Below are positions 32,764-41,638 of a stretch of 42,289 nt of DNA, in pieces. This stretch comes from an uncultured archaeon. GTDB lineage: Archaea; Iainarchaeota; Iainarchaeia; Iainarchaeales; JAAZKV01. The DNA is taken from the NCBI GenBank assembly GCA_964549775.1, contig CAZJVN010000002.1, forward strand, positions 1 to 42,289. Direction: 5' to 3'. Numbering within the stretch: the stretch's first letter is position 1; every line of letters begins with the position of its first letter. A program made the translations under genes and the position numbers. The notes under the pieces were generated by a model that ran no database searches, was not told where the DNA came from, and saw only the letters and a program-made list of their open reading frames with translations.

Positions 32764-33480
32764 TTAAAGTATCATGTGAGCTAAATAGAAAGTAATTTTG
32801 CTTTCCCCAATACTGTATTCAACTTTCATTGGAGAATCGTTTCTAAGATAAATTGCAACTTTTTTCTCATTATCCGCTTCTTTTATTATGTTTTGGAAAA
32901 ACCCTAAAGAAAATTTTGAGTTAACATTAGATTTTGAGGAAACTGTTGCAGTTTTTAGTGCTTCTGAATCAAGTGCTCCTTGAGAACCTCTAGCTTCTAT
33001 AAAAAATTTCCCACTTTCAACTTTAAGTATTACACTTGAACCAAACAATGAAGCATCTTTTAGTAATTCTTTTAAAAAAGAAGCCATTATCTCTATTTTT
33101 GTTTCATAATTAATTGTAGGAACTTTTGCATCCTCTTGTGAAACATCAATCAAGGGAAGTCTAAAAGTTCTTTTTAGTTCAGATTCAAATTTTAATTTTA
33201 ATTCAGCATCAGAAATATCTAAAAATAATTTATCAGCAATCATTGCTCGCTCAAGCATCTTATTTAACTCTACTAAATCCACTCCAACAAAATTTGGTTC
33301 AACCTCATACTTATCAAATAATTTTTTGTCAATAAAATAATCTACTAATACTACTTGACTGGGGTCAGTTGAACGAAAAGAAACTCCTTTATCAGAGAAA
33401 CGAAAATTTCCTTCAGGGATAAAAGAAGAAATAGCGTCCACCGCTCTTCTAAAAAAATCTATTCTCTTAAGCTCAATCAT
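32764..33480 (-). CDS. pcnA: PCNA sliding clamp, divergent paralog A (heads the primase operon)
   Basis: Full-length clamp pattern that aligns with the second PCNA in this window: TDPSQVVLVDY vs TDPSQISMVDF, RLPLIDVS vs QVPLIDIS, ITFYLAHMI vs ITYFLAPRI. ATG 33480 is preferred over TTG 33489. Confidence 0.85.
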   Translation of the reverse strand: MIELKRIDFFRRAVDAISSFIPEGNFRFSDKGVSFRSTDPSQVVLVDYFIDKKLFDKYEVEPNFVGVDLVELNKMLERAMIADKLFLDISDAELKLKFESELKRTFRLPLIDVSQEDAKVPTINYETKIEIMASFLKELLKDASLFGSSVILKVESGKFFIEARGSQGALDSEALKTATVSSKSNVNSKFSLGFFQNIIKEADNEKKVAIYLRNDSPMKVEYSIGESKITFYLAHMIL

Positions 33481-33579
33481 AAAAATCAACTAATCTTTGC
33501 AATAAAATAAACAACCACGAAGTATTTAAATGATTATTTTGGTCAATAAAATATTAAAAACAAAAACAACTCATTATAA

Positions 33580-35505
33580 TTAATACTTGTTTTTTAAGAA
33601 AACAATCACTAAAGCCAAAACACAGTAAAATATTAATAAAATTATTTCCAACCATAATTGAGTTAGCGAGAATCCTTTGATCAGTAACCCTATTAGTAAA
33701 TTATTTGCTACAGTCATTGGTAAAAATGAACTAACCATTTGCATGAAGGGTTCCATGAATTCTAAAGGCAAAACAATTCCACTCAAAAACAACATTGGAA
33801 CAATCAACAGTAAAGATGTTAGAATTGCTGTAGATTGGTTTTTTACAAAAGAAGCTATTAGTAATCCTATGCAAATAAAAGTCACTGAAACCAAAATTAC
33901 TGCTAAAACTAATTCAATCAAACTAACTGAACTAACAAGACCAAAACCAAGTTGAGTTACTCCCAGTATTGGAAAAGGAAGTGGTATTTTTGCAAATGCT
34001 ACTATAAAAATTATTCCCGCTTCAATTAGAGCAATAACTAATTGTCCAATTATTTTTCCAGTAAAAAGAGTAAATTTACTTGTAGGGGAAAGTTCTAAAC
34101 GAAGAGTAACATTTTCTGTTTTTTCCATTATAAAAATTATTGAAGTTAAAAGCATACACGTAAGGATTAGTACAACCACTAAAGCGTTTGAAACTAAAAT
34201 ACCAAATGAACCAACCTCAAAGAGTCTACTTTCATAAAATATTACTGGTTGAGCTAATACTTTTGGATCAATATTACCAAACTCAACTAATTGAGTAGAG
34301 AAAGTTGACAACAATACTGAAGATGCATTTAGTTTTGATTCAATTGTTTCTTTTGAAGAACGCGCATTTTTTATTAATGCTTTTACTTCATCAATTGATT
34401 CTTTGAATAATTGTAACTTTGAATCCATTGTAGTAATTGCTGTACTTGAAGAATTCACTGCTGATTCAAGTCCTTGTGTTTCGGAATCAATTTCATCAAA
34501 AACATCATCAGCTTCTCTAAAAGCAATATTTATTTTTGATTGCTCATCTTTAATTTCTAAAAATAATTCTAACAAATTGTCTAAAAATTCTTTTTCAATA
34601 ACAATTTCTTCTCTAATACTCTCAATCTTTGTTAAAGAATCAGTAATTGATTGTTTTGCTACCCCTTCAGGCAAAGTTGATTGTACTGAAAGTAAAAGTT
34701 GCTTTATTTCATCAATATCTTTAATAGCAACATCAAGCCCAGTAATTAAAGCATTCAGTTTTGAATCATAAGAATTTATTTTTGAACGAAATGTAGAATA
34801 ACTATCTCTTGCTATTTCATAAGAGTCTTTAAATTTTGCAACATTTTCTTCAAAAGAATCTATTTTTGAGTTATAACTTGCAACAGTATTTTTTTGTGAA
34901 GATAAAATTGATTCAATTTCTGCAAAATCAAATTTATTCATATCAGATTCTAAATCATTTAGAGAATCTTCAGCAGAAATTAATTGTGCTTTAAAATCTT
35001 CAACATTTTTTATTTCCTCATTAACATTAGCCCCAAAAGAAGTCATGGTTTTCCAAATTTCCCCTAGTTGTTTTTGTGCAACATCCATCGTAATTCTTTG
35101 CATCACAGCTTTTGCTATCTCCATGAAAAATCTTGAAGACAATAAATTAGAATTATCATAAAGTAAATCAACACGCAATTGTTTGTTTGGTGAATCTCCC
35201 TTTAGCACAATTCCTGAAATAACTTTTTTTGATAATAATGCTTCTCTTAGTGAGTTTTCATCAGAGTAAGTAATAATTGATAAATTTTCAGAACTAGCCA
35301 TATTGTCAATTATTTTTGAATTAAAATCTAAATCATTTACAAACCCAATTTTTGTTCCAGAAGCTTTTGTAGCGTCAAACCCGCCAGTAAATGCTGAACC
35401 AAGTAAACCTATTACAATAAAGGGGTAAAGAAAAATTAAAACTAGCGCAATTTTTTGTGCTTTTATTAGAGAAATTTCTTTCCAAATAATATCAATTAAC
35501 TTCAT
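33580..35505 (-). CDS. ABC-2 type permease with large extracytoplasmic coiled-coil domain (YhgE/Pip-like)
   Basis: An N-terminal TM helix is followed by ~380 aa of helical/coiled-coil sequence and then 5 C-terminal TM helices. It lies immediately downstream of an ABC ATPase. ATG 35505 is preferred over the upstream TTG. Confidence 0.72.
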   Translation of the reverse strand: MKLIDIIWKEISLIKAQKIALVLIFLYPFIVIGLLGSAFTGGFDATKASGTKIGFVNDLDFNSKIIDNMASSENLSIITYSDENSLREALLSKKVISGIVLKGDSPNKQLRVDLLYDNSNLLSSRFFMEIAKAVMQRITMDVAQKQLGEIWKTMTSFGANVNEEIKNVEDFKAQLISAEDSLNDLESDMNKFDFAEIESILSSQKNTVASYNSKIDSFEENVAKFKDSYEIARDSYSTFRSKINSYDSKLNALITGLDVAIKDIDEIKQLLLSVQSTLPEGVAKQSITDSLTKIESIREEIVIEKEFLDNLLELFLEIKDEQSKINIAFREADDVFDEIDSETQGLESAVNSSSTAITTMDSKLQLFKESIDEVKALIKNARSSKETIESKLNASSVLLSTFSTQLVEFGNIDPKVLAQPVIFYESRLFEVGSFGILVSNALVVVLILTCMLLTSIIFIMEKTENVTLRLELSPTSKFTLFTGKIIGQLVIALIEAGIIFIVAFAKIPLPFPILGVTQLGFGLVSSVSLIELVLAVILVSVTFICIGLLIASFVKNQSTAILTSLLLIVPMLFLSGIVLPLEFMEPFMQMVSSFLPMTVANNLLIGLLIKGFSLTQLWLEIILLIFYCVLALVIVFLKNKY

Positions 35506-35555
35506 AAAAATCAATTCCTTATAATACAATCATCAAAAACATTTTGTAAAAATAA

Positions 35556-36494
35556 TTATTCTTGTTGTTTCATTCCTTCTCCTGTAATATTTAGGAAAAC
35601 ATCTTCTAAATTTGGTTCTTTTGTTAGAGAGGAAGAAATATTGTACCCTTTTTTCATTAACCACTCAGTGATTGCAATAACTTTTTCAAAAGTGTGTTCT
35701 TGTTCAAATGGAATAAATAGTAAATCATTTTTTGATAAAACTGTGGATTGGTTTAGAACAGATTTTATTTTTAATAAATCTTCTTCTTTAACTCCGCCAG
35801 GAATAGTGAATATCATTACTTTTATTCCACCATACTTTGTAATTAGTTCTCTTGGTTTTCCAAGCGTGAGTAATTTTCCTTTTTTCATTAAAGCTAATTT
35901 TGTGCAAAGTTTTTCAGCTTCATCCATATAATGAGTAGTAATAATTATTGTTTTTCCTGCAGTTTTTAGATCTTTTATTTTTGTCCAAAACATTTGACGC
36001 ATTTTTGGATCAAGCCCAACTGTTGGTTCATCTAAAAAAATTAGTTCAGGGTCATGAACTAGAGAAATTGCGATATTTAAGAGACGTTGATATCCTCCAC
36101 TCAAAAAACCCGATCTAGCATTTCTAAACTCTTCTAAATTTAGCCATTTTAATAAAAAATCAACTCTTGGTTTTATTTTTTTTGATTCAAGCCCTGAAAT
36201 GCTTGCAAAAAACTTTAAATTTTTTTCAACAGAAAAGTCTTTGTAAAAAGCAGTGTCTTGTGGAACTAGCGCAATTTTTTTCTTTAAATTAACATTTTTT
36301 CCGTTAAACAAAATTATTTCTCCAGAAGATTGTTTTTCTAGACCTAAAATAATTGAAGTGACAGTAGATTTTCCTGCACCGTTACTTCCTAAGAGACCAA
36401 AAATGTCCCCTTCTTCAATATCAAAAGAAACACTGTCTAAAACTTTTTTTGCCCCATAACTTTTTGAGACATTCTTAACAGAAACAATTGGCAT
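35556..36494 (-). CDS. ABC transporter ATP-binding protein
   Basis: Walker A is GLLGSNGAGKST, the signature is LSGGYQRLLNIA, Walker B is LIFLDEPTVGLD and the H-loop is TTHYMDEA. ATG 36494 sits behind AGTGAAc. Confidence 0.92.
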   Translation of the reverse strand: MPIVSVKNVSKSYGAKKVLDSVSFDIEEGDIFGLLGSNGAGKSTVTSIILGLEKQSSGEIILFNGKNVNLKKKIALVPQDTAFYKDFSVEKNLKFFASISGLESKKIKPRVDFLLKWLNLEEFRNARSGFLSGGYQRLLNIAISLVHDPELIFLDEPTVGLDPKMRQMFWTKIKDLKTAGKTIIITTHYMDEAEKLCTKLALMKKGKLLTLGKPRELITKYGGIKVMIFTIPGGVKEEDLLKIKSVLNQSTVLSKNDLLFIPFEQEHTFEKVIAITEWLMKKGYNISSSLTKEPNLEDVFLNITGEGMKQQE

Positions 36495-36598
36495 AAAGTT
36501 CACTAAAAACCTTACAGATAAAGAAAAAAGTAGTATAAAAAGAATACTTTTGAAAAAAAATAATTAATTTATTTAAAAAAATCAGATTAAAAAAATTA

Positions 36599-36626
36599 AA
36601 TAAGTGTGAAATGAATCACACTTATT
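36599..36626 (-). terminator. 11-bp hairpin downstream of the Cys-rich lipoprotein gene
   Basis: AATAAGTGTGA-aatgaa-TCACACTTATT lies 12 nt beyond the stop codon. It is followed on the minus strand by T-rich sequence. Confidence 0.5.
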
Positions 36627-36637
36627 AATTATTTTAT

Positions 36638-38158
36638 TTAACAAGATTTGGTACTAATTTCTGTAATTTTCCAACTATTTGTTGTTCCGCAACCTAAATG
36701 TATATCTGCACAATAAACATTTTGATCACCAACACAACACCATTTGTTTCCATTAGTTCCGCAAACATCTGCGCAACCTCTTCCACAACCAGTGTCACCA
36801 ACTTTGTATTTTCCTTCTACAACTTTTGGTTCAACACTTACTTTTGCAAAGTAAACTTCACCACCTTCAGTAATTTCTTTATCTATTGAATACAAAGTCA
36901 TTTTTGGATCCAAAATATTTTCTGGATCAAACACGGCAGAAATTTCTTTATTCAAATCAATCACTCTAGCTTCGACTACTTTACCATCAAAAGACAATTC
37001 AAAATCTGCTTGTAATCGATCTTCGGAGTTAATTAAAATATCAACTAATCTTAATCTTCCAATTTTTCTATTATAATCAGTTCCACCATTAACAAATATT
37101 GAATCATTACTTGTTCTTGGAACTAATTTAGAATTAAAACCATATTCCACTTTTGGAATACAAGCTCCATCTAAACAACCATTTTCACAAATATACCAAA
37201 ATCCATCAAGGAATCCATTTTCTGTGCAAGACCAATCTACCAAAGTGTTAGAATCAACACATTTATCTTCATTAACTTCGAAAGGCCCTTCTTCTGATCG
37301 CATTCCAGTTCCAACTCCCTTCAAGTAATAATCTAAACCATTATCTGAATCAGTACATTCAATTATTTCTCTAGCACAAGTTCCAACAATGTCTGCTATT
37401 CCGTTTTGATTCATACCTAATATTGATTCATTTGAATAACCAATTTGAATAGTATTTTTAGAAAATCTGTATTTTGTGTTTTCTTCACAAAAAGAAAAAC
37501 CGCTTATTTTTACACTAATATTTTGTCCAGGCGAAACTTCAATTCCTTCTTCTACAGTTTGACTTACTCCATCAATATAAATTGAATTATATTTTAGAGT
37601 TTGTGCAGTTTGATTTCTTAAAATCAAAGTCATTGTTGTTCCTTCTCTTACCCAATCAACTATCGCCCAAGGTTGTGCTGAAGCCCAAGCAATTCTTGCT
37701 GATTGTTCACTAATATCAGTTTCTCCAGGAGTACAAGTGTACCCTGAAGTGTAGGGATAACTTTCAATAAGTATCCAACTTGGAGTACTATTTTGCCATT
37801 TTATTCCATTAACTATTGGCGGGGAGTAACTTTGAAAATCACTTGCTCCAACATAATTTTTTCCTTCAATATAAGAACACCACTTAGCAGCAGTTTCTAA
37901 ATCAGGATACGGAACATACTCTATCCCATTATAAATTATTCTAGGATCTGAATAAAAATCACCATTAGATGCTGGCGCGTTATAAAAAATAGAAGTACTT
38001 TCAACAGTACAATCAAGAGGATAATAATTAGGAGAATTTACAATACTCTCTCCAATCTCACAAACCCCATTTCCTGCAACACTTTGAGGCATTGTGCACC
38101 CAAAAAGTAAGAATAATGAAGAAATTACTAAAAATATAAAACCTAATTTCTTTAACAA
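36638..38158 (-). CDS. Secreted Cys-rich protein, probable lipoprotein
   Basis: 506-aa ORF with a TTG start behind GGAGGTG. The signal peptide ends in a lipobox-like LLFG-C21. An internal Cys-rich module spans residues 261-333, and a C-terminal cluster has 8 Cys in the last 49 aa. Confidence 0.6.
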   Translation of the reverse strand: MLKKLGFIFLVISSLFLLFGCTMPQSVAGNGVCEIGESIVNSPNYYPLDCTVESTSIFYNAPASNGDFYSDPRIIYNGIEYVPYPDLETAAKWCSYIEGKNYVGASDFQSYSPPIVNGIKWQNSTPSWILIESYPYTSGYTCTPGETDISEQSARIAWASAQPWAIVDWVREGTTMTLILRNQTAQTLKYNSIYIDGVSQTVEEGIEVSPGQNISVKISGFSFCEENTKYRFSKNTIQIGYSNESILGMNQNGIADIVGTCAREIIECTDSDNGLDYYLKGVGTGMRSEEGPFEVNEDKCVDSNTLVDWSCTENGFLDGFWYICENGCLDGACIPKVEYGFNSKLVPRTSNDSIFVNGGTDYNRKIGRLRLVDILINSEDRLQADFELSFDGKVVEARVIDLNKEISAVFDPENILDPKMTLYSIDKEITEGGEVYFAKVSVEPKVVEGKYKVGDTGCGRGCADVCGTNGNKWCCVGDQNVYCADIHLGCGTTNSWKITEISTKSC

Positions 38159-38257
38159 CTTAACACCTCCAAAGTGTTTTGATAATTAAACAATATTAGT
38201 TTAGGGAATATTTAAACACAATTGGTTAAAGAAAAAACTAAGTTTTTTAAGAAAAAA

Positions 38258-39001
38258 TTAAGCGTTTTCTATTCTTGGAGCTAAAAAGTAAGTGATACTT
38301 GCATCCCCAATAGTGTAAGCTACTTTTACTGGAGCATTTGATTTTAGTAAAAGAGAAACTTTAGTGTCACTAGTTGCAGCTTTCAACATGTCTTGCAAAT
38401 AATCAAGAGGAAACATTGATTTGCACTCTTTCTTTACTTTCATTTCAAATAATGCAGTTTTATCTTGAGCCAGTTCTTCACTTAAGTTTCCTTTTGAAGA
38501 ATTTGCTTTAACAAAAAACTTTTCATCAGTAGAACCAAGAGTAATGTGAGTACTAATTAATGCCGCATCCTTAAATGCGCTTTGTAAAAATCCTGCAGAA
38601 ATTATTAATTCAGAATCAAACTCAATCTTAGGGTTAGGTACATCGTTTGTTGAAATATCTATTAGTGGAACTTGAAATGATCTTGTAGCATTTCCTTTAA
38701 ATGAAACACTCAAAAAAGATTTCTTTTCATCAAGAGACAAAACTAGTTCATCACTACTTTGAGCTCTTGACAGTACTTGATTTAAGTAATCTAAATCTAG
38801 TCCAAGTCTAATATTTTCTGACTCAAATTTAGTAAAGGCTTTTTTTGGTAAAGAAAAATCAACCATTGATATTTGAGAAGGATCCGTTGCTTTAAGTTCA
38901 ACCCCGTTCTCGTTAATTACTATCTCTGCTTCATCAATTAGTACGGCTATAGCTTCCATACTTTTTTTGAAAACATCAGCATTTTTTAAAACAAGTTCCA
39001 T
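38258..39001 (-). CDS. pcnB: PCNA sliding clamp, canonical paralog B
   Basis: Full-length PCNA pattern ending in ITYFLAPRIENA. The second ATG (39001) sits 5 nt behind GGTGA; an upstream in-frame ATG lies at 39013. Confidence 0.88.
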   Translation of the reverse strand: MELVLKNADVFKKSMEAIAVLIDEAEIVINENGVELKATDPSQISMVDFSLPKKAFTKFESENIRLGLDLDYLNQVLSRAQSSDELVLSLDEKKSFLSVSFKGNATRSFQVPLIDISTNDVPNPKIEFDSELIISAGFLQSAFKDAALISTHITLGSTDEKFFVKANSSKGNLSEELAQDKTALFEMKVKKECKSMFPLDYLQDMLKAATSDTKVSLLLKSNAPVKVAYTIGDASITYFLAPRIENA

Positions 39002-39081
39002 TAAATTCACCATTCACTAGAACAATTAGGTCAAATTAAATTTATAAACCAATTTCCTTAACTAAAAATTGTTTTTTAAAA

Positions 39082-39498
39082 TTACTTTGATTTTTTGTAA
39101 TCAATAATTTTTCCTGAAGAATCAAGAACTAGTAAAAGTTTTGTTCCAGACACCTCAACTAGGGCCAAAAAGTTCTCTCCTTTTGCATTAAAATCAACAA
39201 AATTGATTTTTGCTTTTAATTGTTTTTCAATTATTGGTTTAAATTTGCTAGTTAACAACTTTTTTAGTGAAAGTTCTTCTTTTTTTATTTCAAGAACTGG
39301 TTTTGGTTTTTCAACTACTTTTTCTTCTCTTAAAAAATCAATGTGTTTTAGTACTTGAGAGGCTTTCTTTTCTTCAGCATTTTTTAAAACTAAAATAACA
39401 AAACAAATAACAATTATTAGTGCTGAAAGAACAATTATGATAAGTGAAATTAGAACTAAATCAAAACTCAATAGTGACTCTATACTCAAAAAATCCAT
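39082..39498 (-). CDS. Hypothetical single-pass membrane protein
   Basis: 138-aa ORF with an N-terminal TM helix (LVLISLIIIVLSALIIVICFVILVL) followed by a Lys/Glu-rich soluble region. No family recognised. Confidence 0.5.
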   Translation of the reverse strand: MDFLSIESLLSFDLVLISLIIIVLSALIIVICFVILVLKNAEEKKASQVLKHIDFLREEKVVEKPKPVLEIKKEELSLKKLLTSKFKPIIEKQLKAKINFVDFNAKGENFLALVEVSGTKLLLVLDSSGKIIDYKKSK

Positions 39499-39558
39499 GA
39501 AAAATAAAGGCTTTTAGAGAATAAAAAACTTAGGGTAAAGAGAAATTAACAAAATTCT

Positions 39559-40389
39559 CTAACAAAAACCTCTATAATCCTTAGGCAAACTTCCTGTGTA
39601 AATTAAAGAAAGCGAATTATCCACTAACCAAAGTTTTATGCAACCAATTTTTGGGATATTAAAAAAATCTACTCCTTGAATCTCTTGGAGCGGAATCGCA
39701 TAAAAAGTTATACAATTTTTTTCTGAAGAAGGAATAGAAGAGTTTACTTTCCCACAATCCTGATCAAAAGTAGTGTTTGTTAAAACATTATCTCCTTTTG
39801 TTAAAATAAATTCCCCATCACTCGCTTTAATTTTTACTATAGCTCGATGAATTATGGGCATCCCTGAAGGGTAAGCCCCATAAACAATAATCCTTGAATT
39901 AGTGTCATAAATTACTTCTTCTCCATTAGAAAATGTTAGTGAATAAAATTTTCCTTCTTTATATTTGGGAGAAACAAAATCAATAGCGGGAACATTTTTT
40001 ATTGATCTATTAAAAATAATTTCTGGACCAAAATCCATTTCGCTTGTAGCTTTAGTTAAACCAATAATATCTCCTCTGTAAAGTACTGGCTCCATACTTG
40101 CAGAGTAAACAATAACTAAAGGAGTGGCAGTACCAAAAAGCATGCTTAGTAAAGAGTAGAAAGCAAAAGCAAAAAATGCTGCAAACAAAATGTTTACCAT
40201 TGTTTCAACGACTTCACTTTTTGTTACTTTTTTTACGTGCGGCATTACAAACAAATCAACGTAATAAAAAGGGTCCAACCATTTTAGGAAAGAAAACTTT
40301 TTTTTAAAATCTTTCCAAACAGTGCTAAAATTATTTTTTTTATTTGAAACAGAAGATTCCAATTTTTTTGGTTTATTAAATTTAGTCAT
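39559..40389 (-). CDS. Signal peptidase I, archaeal/ER (Sec11, S26B) type
   Basis: The catalytic Ser context is VIVYSASMEPVLYRGDII, the His context is MPIIHRAIV, and TKGDNVLTN is present. A gAAGTGAaaac motif precedes the ATG. Confidence 0.85.
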   Translation of the reverse strand: MTKFNKPKKLESSVSNKKNNFSTVWKDFKKKFSFLKWLDPFYYVDLFVMPHVKKVTKSEVVETMVNILFAAFFAFAFYSLLSMLFGTATPLVIVYSASMEPVLYRGDIIGLTKATSEMDFGPEIIFNRSIKNVPAIDFVSPKYKEGKFYSLTFSNGEEVIYDTNSRIIVYGAYPSGMPIIHRAIVKIKASDGEFILTKGDNVLTNTTFDQDCGKVNSSIPSSEKNCITFYAIPLQEIQGVDFFNIPKIGCIKLWLVDNSLSLIYTGSLPKDYRGFC

Positions 40390-40487
40390 GTTTTCACTTC
40401 AAAATTTTATTTCAAAATTATTTTTCTAATAAATCTAATATATTTACTATTTTTTTCTATTTTTTAATTTCTTTTTTAAAAAAATCT

Positions 40488-41468
40488 TTAGTAACTCATT
40501 GAAGCAGTTTTTCCTTGTCTTTTACCATAAAAGAAAACCGCCAAAATAATTAATAATACATAAACAAATCCTAAAATGTAATAAACTTCTCCCCAACCCA
40601 TTATTCCTACTGCTTCGGTTAGTGCTCCATAAATTACTGAAAAGAAAGCTAGTACTATTAGAAATAAGATGTCTTTTCCTATTTCCATTGCTCCGTGTCT
40701 AAAGAAATCTTCTTTAGCTATTGCTGAAGAAAGTATTGCTCCTGCAATCGCTCCAAAAACATAAGCTAATAGTTCTGGTGGACCGTGACCTATCAACATT
40801 CCTTGTAAAAAACCAAACCCTTTCATGTGTTGCCCTACTAAAAACATTTCTCCAAAAAATACTCCTAATATTGAGGCGTTCCACGCAATAATAAAAATGG
40901 CACCCACCCCATAAAAAATTGATAAAACTAATATGAAAACTAAAACCCCTGCATTGTTTTGTAAGATAAAAAATGTACAATCTGAAATATTGCTTGTACT
41001 TGGATTTTGGCAAGAAGAAAATGCTCCTGCAGTTGCTCTTCCGCTTATTGAAAGAGGAACTCCTCCCTCACAAGAATCGCTACCCGAGATTGAACAAAAG
41101 GATCTTGTTTGTTCTTCAAACCACAATCCTCTTTCTTCTACTGGGGAAAGAGAATAAGCTACTGCAAAAGCGAGTATTATTCCAACAAACACCCAAACGT
41201 AAAGCATTAGTAAATTAAAGTGTCTTGCAAAAAAAGTTACTGCACTTTTTCTTTCAAGAAGTTCTTCTGATTGTTCATTTGATAAAATATTAAAAATTAC
41301 TGGGACTAAACCCATCGTAATAAATGCAATTGATAATACACTTCCATGTTTTGAAAAAATCATGTCCGCTGCAAAAATACTTACAATACTAATAACAAAA
41401 GTAATGAAAAAAATTAGTATAGGATATTTTCTAATCCTCTTTTCTCCAATAATTGATTCTAAAACCAT
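40488..41468 (-). CDS. SpoIIM-like (DUF95) membrane protein with an inserted Cys-containing loop
   Basis: 326-aa polytopic ORF with the characteristic MLIGHGPPELLAYVFGAIAGAILS segment. A ~60-aa loop (residues ~107-165) carries 4 Cys. Confidence 0.7.
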   Translation of the reverse strand: MVLESIIGEKRIRKYPILIFFITFVISIVSIFAADMIFSKHGSVLSIAFITMGLVPVIFNILSNEQSEELLERKSAVTFFARHFNLLMLYVWVFVGIILAFAVAYSLSPVEERGLWFEEQTRSFCSISGSDSCEGGVPLSISGRATAGAFSSCQNPSTSNISDCTFFILQNNAGVLVFILVLSIFYGVGAIFIIAWNASILGVFFGEMFLVGQHMKGFGFLQGMLIGHGPPELLAYVFGAIAGAILSSAIAKEDFFRHGAMEIGKDILFLIVLAFFSVIYGALTEAVGIMGWGEVYYILGFVYVLLIILAVFFYGKRQGKTASMSY

Positions 41469-41638
41469 CTGTACTCAACCATTAATCCTACTCTAGTTTG
41501 TAAAAAAAACTCTTTGCAAAAGACATTACCTTAGCTTTATATATCTTTCATAAACTAAATTCTTTTGGACATTAAATACTTTTCTGTTAAATTGGAGAAA
41601 AAGAACTATTTTTGAAAACTGTCGAAATTGGTGAAAAT

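Noticed and set aside
40714-41218. ORFs 40714-41013(-), 40933-41157(+) and 40973-41218(+) within the SpoIIM-like gene
   Set aside because: They are alternative-frame or antisense ORFs created by the locally G/C-richer loop-coding segment. They have no start context or recognisable motifs.
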